In this document: in pieces, positions 35,852 to 48,290 of the stretch
How the letters are laid out: each line of letters begins with the position of its first letter
Numbering within the stretch: position 1 is the first letter of the stretch
Assembly (NCBI RefSeq): GCF_006345805.1
Contig: NC_043014.1
Coordinates: 11,284,001 to 11,348,000, forward strand
Reading direction: 5' to 3'
Origin: Octopus sinensis
Taxonomy: Eukaryota
DNA: 64,000 bases
Made by a program: the position numbers and the translations under genes
The notes under the pieces: model-generated
What the model was told of the DNA's origin: nothing
The model's input: only the letters and a program-made list of their open reading frames with translations
The model's database searches: none

Positions 35852-36988
35852 ATCATAATACTATCAAGACCGGCCAGTTTGGTAGTCGAAGTAAGGCAAT
35901 TACATCGACCTCATTGCTGAACTGGTATTTTTTTATCGACTACGAAACGATGAAAGGTAACGGCTACCTCGGCGGAATCTGAATTCAGAACGTGAAGCCG
36001 GACGAAATGCTCCTAAGCATTTCGCCCGGCGTTTTAACGATTCTGCCAGCTCGCCATCTTTTCATCCTCTAATCATAACATCATACGGTTACGTGGACGA
36101 GATTTATCTAAGCGGTATTATGTGATGTAAGGGAAATAACTATGTAGCTTACAAGTTCTATGGGGAAATAACTCTTCCTATTTTTTCGTTTTGGTATTTG
36201 ATTTGCAAGGTTTTTTTTACGTGAGTTCGTGTGTTGAAACATATTCTGTTGTGTCTGGAAAGAGTCATTTTCTTTTTGTGCCTTATAATTTAACACACTC
36301 ACTGGTAAAATTTCCACTTATTTCTTATTTTTACTTCCCAAAAATTTTAGTTGCGTCTTGCAACCTTTTCAATAGTCTTGCCTCTGTCCGTTATTTACAC
36401 TGCGATCCGTTTTGTTTGTTTGTGCGCATGTGTGTGGGTCAGTGTGTGTGTGTGTGTGTGTGTGTGCGTGCTTATGCATGCATGTATGTGTATATGTATG
36501 TATGCATGTGTGTGTATGTATACATGTGTGTGTATGCATATGTATATATGTATGTATGTGTGTGTGAGCGTGTGTTTGTATATGTATGTACCTCTGTCAC
36601 CATGTGTGTGTGTGTATGTTTTGCAGCTATGTACCATGTGCATCTCTATATGTGTGGACCCGTGTCTCCATATGTCTCCTTGTGTGGAGTAAAGTGTGTG
36701 TGTATATAGGGTCATGTGTTTCAGTCTCCACTTGCGTATGTGTGCTTGTCTGTTCTTGTAACCTATGTACCTATCCGTCTGTATATTGATCTGTTTATTT
36801 TCATATCTATATGCTTACATGCATCTGCATACACGCACACCCACCCACACATACATACATCCATTTTGATCGGCTGAAAAAAAAATGTTTCTTTTGTAGC
36901 CAGCTTATATCAGATTTAACCGCTATTTGGAAAAAAACAAATTTTATATAAATACTAGGTCGAGGAAAAAGTTCGTGCACCATGTTAA

Positions 36989-37007
36989 AATAATAATAAT
37001 AATAATA

Positions 37008-37052
<45 letters not shown>

Positions 37053-37705
37053 AATTATTGTATACAGTGCTCAGGTGCACCACAACTTGTCAGAAAGTGC
37101 GTATAAAGCATATGCAGTAATGTACAAATGTCTGGAAGTGAACAGTGTATGAGTCAGATACATGCCTGCGTGTGTACGGAGGAGATAAAATCAGGTGTAG
37201 TGTTGGCGAATCTCAGAAAGCATGGAAGTTTTGAAGGATGCCGTGCTCCGACAACTAACAACTGATACCGGCAGTTTGTTCCATACTTCAGCAACTCTTA
37301 GCGTGAAAAAATGTTTCCTGAAGTCATGGGAGCTGTGCTGTTTTCTGACTTTGTAAACATATCCATGGGTGTTAGACAGGTGGAGTTTGAAAAGGTGCTC
37401 AGAGTTTTTGTTAGTAAGATGGTTGATAATTTTATGGGTGTCTGCCAAGTCACCTGCCAGACGTCGGAGTTTCAATGTTTCCATGACCAGGGAAGTAAGG
37501 CGTTCAGAATATGGCAAATGCCTGATGGAGGGTATTCTCTTGGTTGCACGTCGCTGAACGGTTTCCAGACGATTAATATCCTGGGCAAGATATGGGTTCC
37601 AGAATGGTAATGCAAATTCCAGGTGAGGCCGCACCATAGCTATATAAAGCCTCAGATAGACAGCCGGAGAGCGGCTCACAAAGGACTTGGTAAGTGATGG
37701 AACTG
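36989..37705 (-). mobile_element. 5'-truncated CR1/L2-type LINE: RT C-terminus, 3' UTR and (ATT)n tail
   Basis: LYIAMVRPHLEFALPFWNPYLAQDINRLETVQRRATKRI...RRLAGDL...FFTLRVAEVWNKLP, coding end at 37191. Confidence 0.92.
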
Positions 37706-38024
37706 AATGAACACACACACCACAAAAATATATGTGAAAAAGCGTTATTTTTACACGGCGCAAGAACTTTTTCCTCAACGTAATATTTGTTCTAAGTCCT
37801 GATACATACAAGCACCAGTTCGTGTGTGCATGCACGCACAGAAGCTACAAGCCGCTGATCCTTTGGCAGATAGACTAGTAATCTAAATAATACGTTAGCT
37901 GAAACATGTTTTCGAAGAGTTTCTAAAAGGATATCGATAATCTCTTGCAGGAATAGTGTGATTTTTACCCACATGGAATATTCGGTCACACATCTACCTG
38001 ATTAGACATTGCAAGGCGATGGTG

Positions 38025-38162
38025 GAAAAATACCTTAGGAATGAGAACCCAGGTTTGAAATTTCGTCAGGACACCTGATGAAGGCTGGAGAGTATATCAG
38101 CCGAAACGTTGTGCTAACAACAAACAAGATGAGGACAAATATCCGTCAAATGTAAATAATGT
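38025..38162 (+). mobile_element. Headless copy of the hammerhead-bearing SINE body
   Basis: Homologous to 25180-25305 and ending at the same ...GTAAATAATGT. Confidence 0.8.
38070..38115 (+). ncRNA. Minimal type-I hammerhead motif
   Basis: GACAC-CTGATGA-A-GGCTG-10nt-CAGCC-GAAA-CG-TT-GTGCT, with palindromic ACGT helix III. Confidence 0.65.
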
Positions 38163-38334
38163 TTTAGAGTTTTTACTTTAAAAAAAGTAGTTGTGTAAGA
38201 ACTGGAGAGTTATACAGTATAGTGTAGAATAATTATTGAACTGTGTTTATGTAAGAACAGGTGTAACTTTTATCAAACGGTTTTGTAACACTTGTTGAAT
38301 TGTCGGGCAGCATATATAAGATGGTTTTTATCTT

Positions 38335-38522
38335 TTGTCTTTCACTTGTTTCTGTCAATGAACTGTTGCCATTCTAGCGTACAGCTTCGAAGGTACCCCA
38401 GTACTTATCTTTTTAATAATGGTTCTCATTCAATCAATTTCTTTTGTCGAACCGCTAAGCTACGAGTACGTCAACGAACAAACACCAATCATCAAGCAGT
38501 GAGGGGGAGACACAAGCGCAAA

Positions 38523-38564
<42 letters not shown>

Positions 38565-38690
38565 TCGAATGGCTTCTGTCTGCCAAATTTACTAGCAAGG
38601 CATTGATCAACCCGAAACTATAGTGGGAAAAACTTGCCCAAGGTGCGTCGCTATGGGAATGAACACGAAACCACGTCGCTCTAGAGCGAG
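38335..38690 (-). mobile_element. Old family A-related SINE
   Basis: GAACCGCTAAG, (CA)n linker and TTGCCCAAGGTGCG. Confidence 0.6.
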
Positions 38691-39199
38691 CTTAAAGAAA
38701 ATTAATCTAAAAGAAATAATTAAGAATAGCTAGAGCCAGTTAGACGACAGAGATAAATACAGGTATATTAAACACCATACAGCAAAAATTTTTGGTTTAT
38801 TAAAATTATCTTCGTCCTCAAAGACCAACTTCACTTGTCAAGAGGAGATAATCTCAATAAGGAAGAACACTCGAGAGTCGATACGCCATTAAGGAACAGG
38901 GCAGGTTTATTGTCTGCAGATAAGAGGCCGGACGTGGATAAGCGTTTCTGGGACAATAGCCGTCGACAGCAAGACAGTTGTCTAACCTTGAATTGGATTT
39001 GATTGGATTGCCTATCCTGAGTCCACTGTAAGAACGAGGACTTCGAAATGTTCTCTCCACCAAACATGGTGTGATGTGGAGGCCGTCAATTTGAGCTTGA
39101 AATCATACGATTTTGATGAGCCTACTCTGCCATACTGGCCCGTCACGGCTTGGCAGAGAGAAGCAGTTTTTTTAATATATATACTTATACCAAGGAGTA

Positions 39200-40298
39200 G
39201 CTAAGTTGATTACATCGAACCCAGTAGTCAACTGGTACTTGATTTATCGACCCCGAAAGAGATGAAAAGCAAAAGTCGACCTCAGTGGAATTTGAACACA
39301 GAACGTAATGATGGATGAAATATATATTTCTCCACTGCCCTCAAGGGGCTAAACATAGAGGGGACTATGTCGTTGAGAAGCAAGCTTCATATTTATTTAT
39401 TGCCCACAAGGAGCTAAACATAGAGGGGACAAACAAGGACGGACAAACGGATTAAGTCGATTACATCGACCCCAGTGCGTAACTGGTACTTTATTTATCG
39501 ACCCCGAAAGGATGAAAGTCAAAGTCGATCTCGGTGGAATTTGAACTCAGAACGTAATGATGGATGAAATATAGCTAAGCATTTCGCCCGGCATGCTAAT
39601 GATTCTGCAGACTCGCCACCTTAAATTCCCTATTTATTGGTTTCAGTTTTTGGCACAAGACCAGGATTTTAGGGGGAGGGTTAAGTCGATTATATCGCCC
39701 CTAGTGATCATCTGGTACTTAATTTATCGACTCCGGAAGGGATGAAGAGCAAAGTCGACCTCGGGGGAATTTGAACTTAGAACGTAATGACGGGTGAAAT
39801 ACCTATTTCTTTACTACCCTACAAGGGGCTAAACATAAAAGTGGACAAACAAGGACAGACAAACGGATTAAGTCGATTATATTGATCCCAGTGCGTAACT
39901 GGTAATTAATTTATTGAGTAATTAATTTTATCAAGGCGGCGAGCTGGCAGAAACGTTAGCACGCCGGGCGAAATGCTTAGCGGTATTTTGTCTGCGTTAC
40001 GTTGTGAGTTCAAATTCCGCCGAGGTCGACTTTGCCTTTCATTCTTTCGGGGTCGATAAATTAAGTACCAGTTACGAACTGGGGTCGATGTAATCGACTT
40101 AATACCTATGTCTGTCCTTGTTTGTCCCCTCTGTGTTTAGTCCCTTGTGGGTAGTAAAGAAATAGGTAATTAATTTATTGACCCCGAAAGGATGAAAGGC
40201 AAAGTCGACCTCGGCGAAATTTGAACTCGGAACGTAAAAACGGGCGAAATACTTCTAAGCATTTCGTCCGGCGTGCTAACGACTCGCCCAGTTCACCG
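39200..40298 (-). mobile_element. Cluster of family B copies with a nested + strand copy (39933-40164)
   Basis: The nested copy is flanked by a 17-bp TSD GGTAATTAATTTATTGA at 39901-39917 and 40165-40181. Confidence 0.85.
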
Positions 40299-40996
40299 CT
40301 TTAGCCAAACTTCTATCCAATATACGGCAAGGAACTTATACTGGTTCCAAAAAAAAAAAAAAGAAAGAAAAAAGAAAGAAAAACGGAAAAACGAAAAGAG
40401 AGCAGAACATATTTGTGGCCTAAGTATTTTGCATAATTTAAGCAAAAATAATTTTAATGAATTAAACAAAAATAATTTTAATGAATTTAACAAAAATAAC
40501 TCTAATAAGCCAAGAATTTACGTTATACGGTATTTAATATACCTGTATTTATACATTTACTACTCAGCTGTTTAAATAAAAGAGAATTCCCTGCAGACTT
40601 AAACCGAATGAAGCAAAGCACTAAGCTATGTATTAAATACGTATTTATTCCTGTATTTAATCATCTGTTCTGTAACTTCCGGTTATATAATAATATTTTG
40701 ACATGTATTCCCTAAGGAGAAACCATCGCCGGTTTTTTCTTACGTTTTTCTTTTAAGAAATACATTTCTTTCTATTTCCTTCCGACTTCGTCATTTGTGG
40801 CGTTGAAAGTATTACGTTTGTTCTGTTTGCCTTACAGACTGTTTCTGTGTACGAATTTGTATATATATAGTGAAAGTGTTACAGAAAGTGTTGGAACGAA
40901 AAGTATGACTAACTCCATCTTGACTTTGTGAAAATATAAATAAACATTAAAACGATGCTTAATGTACGCAATCTTTTAGCATATATATATATATTT

Positions 40997-41375
40997 GTGG
41001 AGGCGCAATGGCCCAGTGGTTAGGGCAGCGGACTCGCGGTCATAGGATCGCGGTTTCGATTCCCAGACCGGGCGTTGTGAGTGTTTATTGAGCAAAAACA
41101 CCTAAAAGCTCCACGAGGCTCTAGCAGGGGATGGTGGTGATCCCTGCTGTACTCTTTCACCACAACTTTCTCTTATTTCCTGTTTCTGTTGTACCTGTAT
41201 TTCAAAGGGCCGGCCTTGTCACTCTCTGTGTCACGCTGAATATCCCCGAGAACTGCGTTAAGGGTACACGTGTCTGAGGAGTGCTCAGCCACTTACACGT
41301 TAATTTCACGAGCAGGCTGTTCCGTTGATCGGATCAACCGGAACCCTCGTCGTCGTAACCGACGGAGTGCTTCCA
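40997..41375 (+). mobile_element. tRNA-headed SINE, head C plus tail D
   Basis: Head as in 16690, tail as in 13915-14225. Confidence 0.85.
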
Positions 41376-41384
41376 TATATATAT

Positions 41385-41780
41385 TTACTATTTACTTGTT
41401 TCAGTCATTTGACTGCGGCCATGCTGGAGCACCGCCTTTAGTCGAGCAAATCGACCCTCAGGACTTATCTCTTTGTAAGCCTAGTACTTATTCTATCGGT
41501 CTCTTATTGCCGAACCGCTAAGTTACAGGGACGTAAACACACCAGCGTCGGTTGTCAAGCGATGTTGGGGGGAAGGGGTAAACACAGACACACAAACACA
41601 CGTACATGATATATATACATATATACGATTGGCTTCTTTCAGTTTCCATCTACCAAATCCACTCACAAGGCTTTGGTCGGCCCGAGGCTATAGTAGAAGA
41701 AACTTGCCCAAGGTGCCACGCAGTGGGACTGAACTCAGAACCATGTGGTTGGCAAGCAAGCTACTTACCACACAGCCACT
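41385..41780 (-). mobile_element. SINE family A
   Basis: Family A layout, with TA-rich flanks. Confidence 0.85.
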
Positions 41781-41845
41781 ATATATATATATATATATAT
41801 AGATCAATAAATGGTGGGGTTGTGTTGACCGTACGTGGAGAAATG

Positions 41846-42500
41846 ATAAGTAAGGAAAAATTTTTTTAAAAATGCAGAATGCTCAAATGAAAGAAAATTT
41901 TAATAAAATGAGAAATTGATAAAATATATAAATATATATTTATTCAACCGGTTTTCGTCATTGTATGACTTGTCAAGAATATTTATGTTTTAAAAAGTTT
42001 TTTTAGAAATTAGAAAGGGGAAAAAAAGAAAATTGCATTGTTTTTTGCAAAAGAATAATGATAAAAATGTACAAAAATTAAAAAATAAGTACTCCGATAC
42101 ATTGTGAGTTCGTAATTACTACTACTTCCTGTCCTGCCAACATGCTGAATTAAACCACACAACACATGCTCTTAATCCCTTTGGATCTTAATACCTCAAG
42201 GTAATTTTTTCGTGAACAAGCATAAAACTCAAGATACACAACGAACTCACAATGTATCGGAGTACTTATTTTTTAATTTTTGTACATTTTTATCATTATT
42301 CTTTTGCAAAAAACAATGCAATTTTCTTTTTTTCCCCTTCTAATTTCTAAAAAAACTTTTTAAAACATAAATATTCTTGACAAGTCATACAATGACGAAA
42401 ACCGGTTGAATAAATATATATTTATATATTTATCAATTTCTCATTTTATTAAAATTTTCTTTCATTGAGCATTCTGCATTTTTAAAAAAATTTTTCCTTA

Positions 42501-42505
<5 letters not shown>
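41846..42505. repeat. 660-bp fold-back palindrome (~265-bp arms, 127-bp spacer)
   Basis: Arms 41846-42113 and 42241-42505. I saw only homopolymer-length differences between them. Confidence 0.92.
42372..42412 (+). ncRNA. Hammerhead-like motif with U3/A8 core, mirrored at 41941-41981 (-)
   Basis: TATTC-TTGACAA-GTCAT-ACA-ATGAC-GAAA-ACCGGT-T-GAATA. Confidence 0.55.
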
Positions 42506-42570
<65 letters not shown>

Positions 42571-42629
42571 TTATTTATTAGGGAATAGAATTCCGGCATC
42601 ACAGGGGTTCAAATATTCTCAATGAGGAA

Positions 42630-42882
42630 ATATATATGATATTTAGAGATAGTAGTCCTCATCATCATACCATATAAAAGAATTTTAATTTAATACTTAC
42701 TACTCATTTCTCTGCTACACTTGTTTCTTGAGGTTCTTTTACGGTTCCTTAAGCACGCAGGAACCGTAAAAGAACCTCAAGAAACACATGTAGCAGAGAA
42801 ATGAGTTGGTTGTAAGTATTAAATTAAAATTCTTTTATATGGTGTGATAAAGGCGATTACTATCTCTAAATAACATATATAT
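42630..42882. repeat. ~250-bp imperfect hairpin with a 9-nt loop
   Basis: ...GAGGTTCTTTTACGGTTCCT-TAAGCACGC-AGGAACCGTAAAAGAACCTC... Confidence 0.88.
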
Positions 42883-42886
42883 ATAT

Positions 42887-43250
42887 ATCCTTAAATCCTT
42901 TAAAATGTTTCAGCCCGAAGGCCGCGGCCATGCTGGGGCACCACCGCTGAATGAGCCACACTAGTATGTGAATCCACCTCTGATACGTGGCACTTGGTCA
43001 ACAAGGGGGTTCGATGCCGCTGCCCGCATCTGTGTCTCCTGTCGTGAGGTAGGTTCATCTGGGACCCCCGACAAGAAGAGATCCAGTTTAGTTTTAAAGA
43101 AACCCACATCCACACCATGCAAGTCTCTCAGGCATTTAGGGAGGATGTTAAAGAGCTGTGGTCCTCTGAAACCCAAGCTGTTGCAGTATCTGGTCCTGTA
43201 TTTTGATAGTGATGTTAGAATCTTTGGCACCATGCAGTGGCGCCCCGATC
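42887..43250 (-). mobile_element. 3' fragment of a second CR1/L2-type LINE with intact 3' end
   Basis: GRHCMVPKI...FRGPQLFNILPKCLRDL...FKTKLDLFLSGVPDEP...RAAASN, then 3' UTR and short tail repeats. Confidence 0.8.
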
Positions 43251-43264
43251 CATATATATATTTT

Positions 43265-43488
43265 TTTCTTTACTACCCTCAAGGGACTAAACACAGAGAG
43301 GACAAACAAGGACAGACAAAGGGATTAAGTCGATTACATCGACCCCAGTGCGCAACTGGTACTTAATTTATCGACCCCGAAAGGATGAAAGTCGACCTCG
43401 GCGGAATTTGAACTCAGAACGTAACGGCAGACGAAATACGGCCACGCATTTCGCCCGGCGTGCTAACGTTTCTGCCAGTTCACCGCCT
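43265..43488 (-). mobile_element. SINE family B single long unit
   Basis: Head plus one unit. Confidence 0.85.
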
Positions 43489-43491
43489 GTT

Positions 43492-43546
<55 letters not shown>

Positions 43547-43591
43547 TATATATACATATAATATATATATACATATATATATATATACATG

Positions 43592-43627
<36 letters not shown>

Positions 43628-43714
43628 CATATATATATATATATACATATTATCATATATATTATATAATTAATAGATATATATATATATTATATATATA
43701 TATACATAACATAT

Positions 43715-43759
<45 letters not shown>

Positions 43760-43768
43760 ATATTATAT

Positions 43769-43807
<39 letters not shown>

Positions 43808-43812
<5 letters not shown>

Positions 43813-44110
43813 CGTGACCGACCAGGCTATCAGATGTTGCTACACATCGCTGGTCACAATGCGCTTCGCATTGTTTTAGCCTTCAAATGACGCCACCCCG
43901 CTGGCTAAGCGAGCAGGCCAACAGAAGAAAGAGTGAGAGAAGGTTGTGGCGAAAGAGTACAGCAGGGATCGCCACCAGCCCCTTCTGGAGCCTCGTGGAG
44001 CTTTAAGAGTTTTCGCTCAATAAGCACTCACAACGTCCGGTCTGGGAATCGAAACCGCGATCCTACAACCGCGAGTCCGCTGCCTAACCACTGGGCCATT
44101 GCGCCTCCAC
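43808..44110 (-). mobile_element. tRNA-headed SINE, head C plus tail E
   Basis: Head as in 40997, tail as in 11135-11427. Confidence 0.85.
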
Positions 44111-44709
44111 ACACACACACACATACATGTAAACCTACACACACACACACACAAATTTATCTTTTATTTGTTTCAGTGACTGGAGTTTGGCCACGTTAGG
44201 GCACTGCCTTGAATGGTTTACTTGAATAAATCAACCCCAGTGGAGGATTCTCCAGATAATTAACTTCTCATTAAAGCTACGCTAGACTAACGCCTTGTAC
44301 AGGGGAAGACCGCTCTATCAGAATTTTTCTATCATAGAATAAGTTGGATACTCGTCTCTTTATACCTGCTATCATCTCCTCAATTATAACAAGGGGTGAT
44401 TAGAATTCTTATGAATATATACAATCTCATCGTTAGGATTCCTGCAACTTATTGAAGGGCAAGCGGTGGCGCAGGTGGGAGATACACACAGACACAAAGG
44501 CATATGTACATATAAGCCACCCCCATTACCATTCTGTTACAAAAACAAACGGAAATCGTTAAAACATAACAAACAGGAAAAGGACGATAGCACAACAACG
44601 ACAAACAGGACAAAACAAGATAGACGGATCATTCGCAGCCAATTGCTTCTTCAGTGGGTGTCTGGAATATCCACGGAGTTTCTCCTATATATATATTTAT
44701 ATATATATA

Positions 44710-44744
<35 letters not shown>

Positions 44745-44891
44745 AAATGGGACAAGTACGTAAATCATCCGGACAGTTAGATGATACAAAAATGGGACAA
44801 AAACATCAGGATAGACGATACAAAGAAAACAAGGACGGGTCATTTGAAGTTTTCATTCCTCAGTCAAGTACCAGATATCTTCGCAATTTCG

Positions 44892-44957
<66 letters not shown>

Positions 44958-45515
44958 GTCATATATATATATATTTAATATATATATTATATATGTATAT
45001 ATATATCTATGTGTGTGTGTGTTTGCGTGTGGGTGTGAGTGTGCGTGTGCGTGTGTGTGTGTCTATACAGCATGACCGCAGTCAAATGATGGAAAAACAA
45101 GTAAAAGAATAACAGAATACACACACACACACACACGTACATTTGTGTGTATGCACATTGAATTTTACCCCCTAATTTCCTTATATGCTAATCAAGCGGT
45201 TCTAACACACGCGTTCTATAGTAATATAGTTTCTGATTAGGTTTCCCTTCTGGTCATTGCTCCTAAGCTTGTTTATACGTACGTGTTCGTACAACTCACG
45301 TTTTGTTTGTTTTTCTGTGAATGTGCGTCTGTATGTATGTGTGTGTGCATATTACACATAATGCATGTGTGTCTGTGTTGTAGTCTGTGTTCGTGTGTTT
45401 ATTTTATCTTTTCATATATCTACGTATGTATCTTTGCTTACATCTATTTTCTATGTCTACCCGCATAATTCTCTGTATCATTACATCTGTTTATTTTCTC
45501 GCCTGTCTCCACGCG

Positions 45516-45556
<41 letters not shown>

Positions 45557-46099
45557 TGTAGATGTATATATATATATATATATATACACACGTATATAGC
45601 ATAAATACATTATCTATCTATTTTATATATACATACATAATTATACATGCATGCAAAACATACATACATACATGCATGCAGCATACATGCATACTACATA
45701 AACACATACATACATACATACATACTGCATACATAACATATAATAAATACATGCAGTACATGCATACATACATACATGCATACATACATACATACATACA
45801 TACATGCATACATACATGCTACATACATACATACATTACATACTACATACATACATACATACATACATACATACATACATACCCTAACATACATACATAT
45901 GTTTGTATCAGACTTCGACTCTTTGTATCCAGAGGGATTTCTAACTCAATATTTATACGCTTTTATATATAATATTATTATTTATCTGCTTCGAGTTTCA
46001 CCGTTCCGAAAAAAAAATTATTTCATATTCTCTCAAGATCTACTAATTCTTATGACGTCAATACTGTGTGTGTGTATGTGCCTGCGTGCGTGCGTGTGC

Positions 46100-46134
<35 letters not shown>

Positions 46135-46529
46135 GATATATATATATATAACATATATACACACACATATTTATGTGTGTGTAGACGTATGATTTGATTA
46201 ATGAGAGAGACGGAAGATGGAAGAAACGAGAAGGTTTACTGATCATTACAATTGTTTCGACCCATCTAGCATCGATCCCTCACGGGGGGTGGGGGTTGCT
46301 GAACAACTGGTTTAAGAGTATCCGCCGGCGTAGATGTGTTTCTTCAGGTGATTAGAAGATGTATCGCGTTAAAAGAACGTATGTTCTGCAAGTTTTCCTC
46401 CCGGCATGTTTATACAAAAGTAACTAATTAAGGAATACAACTTCATTATTATAGAAGATCAACAATAAATACCATAAGCAAAAAGACAGAAATACACAAT
46501 ACACACACACACACACACTCACACACATA

Positions 46530-46990
46530 TATATTATATAAAATCCGTTCTGTCTGTCTGCCTGTGTGTCTTTTAGGATCTCGGGCATCCTCCATCCGAT
46601 TGCGCTCAAATTTGATATGTAGATACCGACGGTATCAGGGCGTGTATAAGTCTTGAAGAAAATTACAAAAATCGATTCCAGGTGAGGATGCGATCTATAA
46701 AGCCGTGGGAACGTGCATTTGTACGCGCATATACATCCGCTGTTGCGATGTATTTACTGGTACTTTAAACTCATCGGTTGCATATTTGTGTGAATAAAAT
46801 CGTTTTTCTTTGGAATAGAAAAAAAGTCTATCTTCATTTCTTCTTTTGCTGGTGTCTCAAATTTAGGTTAAATCAATGTTTCTCAAAGGGGAGGCCTATG
46901 GGACGGTCGAACAAGTTGTTTTGAGAAAATTAGGTTTAAATGTTTGACAACTCAGCACCGTCCATTGGACGGGGCGGGCGCTTTGGTCGT
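46530..46990 (+). mobile_element. Helitron-like non-autonomous element, second family
   Basis: Homologous to 23187-23575, with ~90 bp of extra internal sequence. Confidence 0.6.
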
Positions 46991-47549
46991 ATATATATAT
47001 ATATATATACATACATACATAAACACACACACACACATATTGTGTAGTTATGAAGTTTACTGCTCACTTCTTAGATTGGAGTTCAGTGCCATTGGCGGCA
47101 TTTTGTTAGTACACAAAGCCGATCAATGTCATGCCCTATGAGAGAATATTTAGGATGGAAACTGTACGGAAGCCCAACATAAACACTAATGGCGCGTACC
47201 ATTTATCTTTATGTTTCTTCTGTCCTTCACAAATGATTTTGGATTGTGTGCGTCTCCGTAACAATTATCCCGCTTTCGATAATTACTTGGGTTGACTTGA
47301 TTGATTAAGTGCTTCAAAGTGGTGCTCTAACATGGCCACAGTTGTTTAATTGAAACATGCACGTTATAGAGAGAGATCTGTGTGAATTTGTGTCTGTCAT
47401 TTCCTGCACATATATATCCGTGTTTAAATGTAGGCATACGTTTTATGGTATAAAGCTCTTCCCTCGATGTTGTATATATATATATAATATATATATATAT
47501 ATTATATATATATTATATATATATACACACACACACATATATATATACA

Positions 47550-47592
<43 letters not shown>

Positions 47593-47635
47593 TATTATAT
47601 ACAGATACATACCTACATACTACATACATATATAT

Positions 47636-47669
<34 letters not shown>

Positions 47670-47843
47670 CATTATATTTGTATATATATATATATACACA
47701 CGCAGACACGCAGGAAGTAAATAATACATCTTTTCAAAATTTCTGATCTAAGCGTCTTAATTTGTTTTCAGCGATGTAGAATTTACAATGTAATTATTCT
47801 TTTTCATTCCAGGTGCCATATTAAACATTTGCGAAGAGTAACC

Positions 47844-48062
47844 ATGCCAAGCACAAACAATTCAGCAGAACTGTCAGATTTTCAAAGAGGTTGTATTGTT
47901 GGGCAATCTGAGGCTGGTCTTAACCAGCGAAAAATTGGCGAAAATCTACAAATTCCTCTTGCTACTGTTAATAGAATTATAGCGCAATTCAAAAGCCAAG
48001 GAAAAGAATCAACAGATTCTCGTCCCGGGTCATCGTTGTTTGAAGAGAATTGTGGAAAATGA
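47844..48062 (+). pseudogene. Tc1-like transposase N-terminal HTH fragment
   Basis: MPSTNNSAELSDFQRGCIVGQSEAGLNQRKIGENLQIPLATVNRIIAQFK...RPG. No TIRs or catalytic domain seen. Confidence 0.8.
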
Positions 48063-48252
48063 ACCCCGTTCGAAGGCTTCTAACAATGCAAAACAGAAGT
48101 TAGTCCAAGAACGCGTGTTACATATCAAGAACGCGTGTTACTAATATCAAATAAAAGATATTAAATATATATATTTAAACCATTAATGCTGACACATTGT
48201 TTCCTCTTTCCTTTTTTCTTTCTATCTCCTTCCCCATTTTCCCTCTCATCTC

Positions 48253-48290
48253 TCTTCCTGTCGAAGAGCGTAGGCTCGAAACGTTAAAGA
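48253..48290 (+). ncRNA. Hammerhead-like motif with A6U core deviation
   Basis: TCTTC-CTGTCGA-A-GAGC-GTAG-GCTC-GAAA-CG-TT-AAAGA. Confidence 0.4.

Noticed and set aside
40820-40945. Possible terminal exon (TTGCCTTACAG acceptor, AATAAA downstream)
   Set aside because: No recognisable peptide, and such signals are common by chance in AT-rich DNA.
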